A stretch of DNA of 64,000 bases, taken from assembly GCA_973895155.1 (NCBI GenBank), contig OZ316897.1, positions 2,111,312 to 2,175,311 of the forward strand, in the 5' to 3' direction. The notes beneath the pieces were generated by a model. The model was not told the DNA's origin and ran no database searches. It saw only the letters and a program-made list of their open reading frames with translations. The translations under genes were made by a program, and so were the position numbers. The DNA is from Marsupella aquatica (lineage: Eukaryota; Plantae; Marchantiophyta). This document shows positions 63,355 through 64,000 of this stretch, piece by piece (within the stretch, counting starts at the first letter, position 1; the number at the start of each line of letters is the position of its first letter).

Positions 63355-64000
63355 ATGGGTACGATCGTGCGGAGGGAATTGGGTTCCACAGAGGCGAATT
63401 GGGTGGTAGCTGTGGATGGAGGCACGGGTATCACAGCCTCCGCTTTCCTATTCGGTCACTCGTTATCCAAAGCTACCGTTCAAGCCGCAGTGATCAAATT
63501 GGTTTCTAGAAGACCTTTTCTGAGATCACAGATTGTGTATGTGGGTCAGAAGCTTTTCTTCGAGCTGAGTGAGAAGACGGTGCTGGTGGAGGAACTTCCC
63601 AACCCATTTGTGGGCCAGGAGGACGACAAAGAGGAGGAAGAGAAAGAAGCAGCAACTCAGGAGATGTGGTTGAAAATTGTTGACTTGGAGATGAATATCC
63701 TCTTTCCACAAACTAGACCGACACCCATTTTTGAAGTGCACCTTTACAATAGCGGTCTTCCGGACAACGCGTCTCTAGTTGTCCTCCGTTCTCACTCTGC
63801 CTCTGGTGATATGTTATGCACTGGTCCGATAGGATCGGAGTTTCTCAATTCTCTGAAAGAGGCTTTCCAGAAGGGAGAGTCGGGAGAACCGGAAGGAGCG
63901 TCAGAAGGCCTTGAAGACCAATTCCTACAGAAGGCCACACTGGATGATGGAGGGATTCCTAAGAATTTTGAATACTACAAGGCAATCGAGAATTCTATTC
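63355..64000 (+). CDS. CoA-dependent acyltransferase (condensation-domain / alcohol acetyltransferase-like plant family), 5' part, runs off the window
   Basis: Open frame from ATG 63355 to the end, absent from the ORF track: MGTIVRRELGSTEANWVVAVDGGTGIT...VQAAVIKLVSRRPFLRSQI...IVDLEMN...PIFEVHLY...VVLRSHSASGD. This resembles the RxxGxTExxW..GGTGIT..LQxAL..HPxLR..LRxHTxxCD pattern of this plant family. Confidence 0.75.
   Translation, partial: MGTIVRRELGSTEANWVVAVDGGTGITASAFLFGHSLSKATVQAAVIKLVSRRPFLRSQIVYVGQKLFFELSEKTVLVEELPNPFVGQEDDKEEEEKEAATQEMWLKIVDLEMNILFPQTRPTPIFEVHLYNSGLPDNASLVVLRSHSASGDMLCTGPIGSEFLNSLKEAFQKGESGEPEGASEGLEDQFLQKATLDDGGIPKNFEYYKAIENSI

Overview
Eukaryotic land-plant genomic DNA, probably bryophyte-grade such as a liverwort (inferred from gene and TE types only). 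Host genes are a two-pore K+ channel (TPK, minus), exosome subunit RRP42 (minus), Rab3GAP catalytic subunit (plus) and a CoA-dependent acyltransferase running off the right edge. The dominant structure is a 23.9-kb DNA transposon at 5342-29268. It has TAC...GTA ends, 26-bp TIRs and a perfect 6-bp TSD (TGCTGA), and it splits a 52-bp minisatellite. It carries an intact 4-exon IS3EU-type DDE transposase, a multi-exon HECT E3 ubiquitin ligase gene, a TET/JBP-like Fe(II) dioxygenase gene, two nucleosome-sized tandem arrays (187 bp and about 204 bp), a GC-rich island and a ~440-bp inverted repeat. The transposase + TET-like + HECT combination in a land plant is the candidate novel system, possibly a transposon-borne anti-silencing module. 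Also present are a young gag-less Bianca-type Copia element (108-bp LTRs, half-tRNA-Ile PBS), a 5'-truncated LINE with TSD, two Helitron-like minisatellite elements and small local duplications. All family assignments come from motif recognition by eye; no database search was run.
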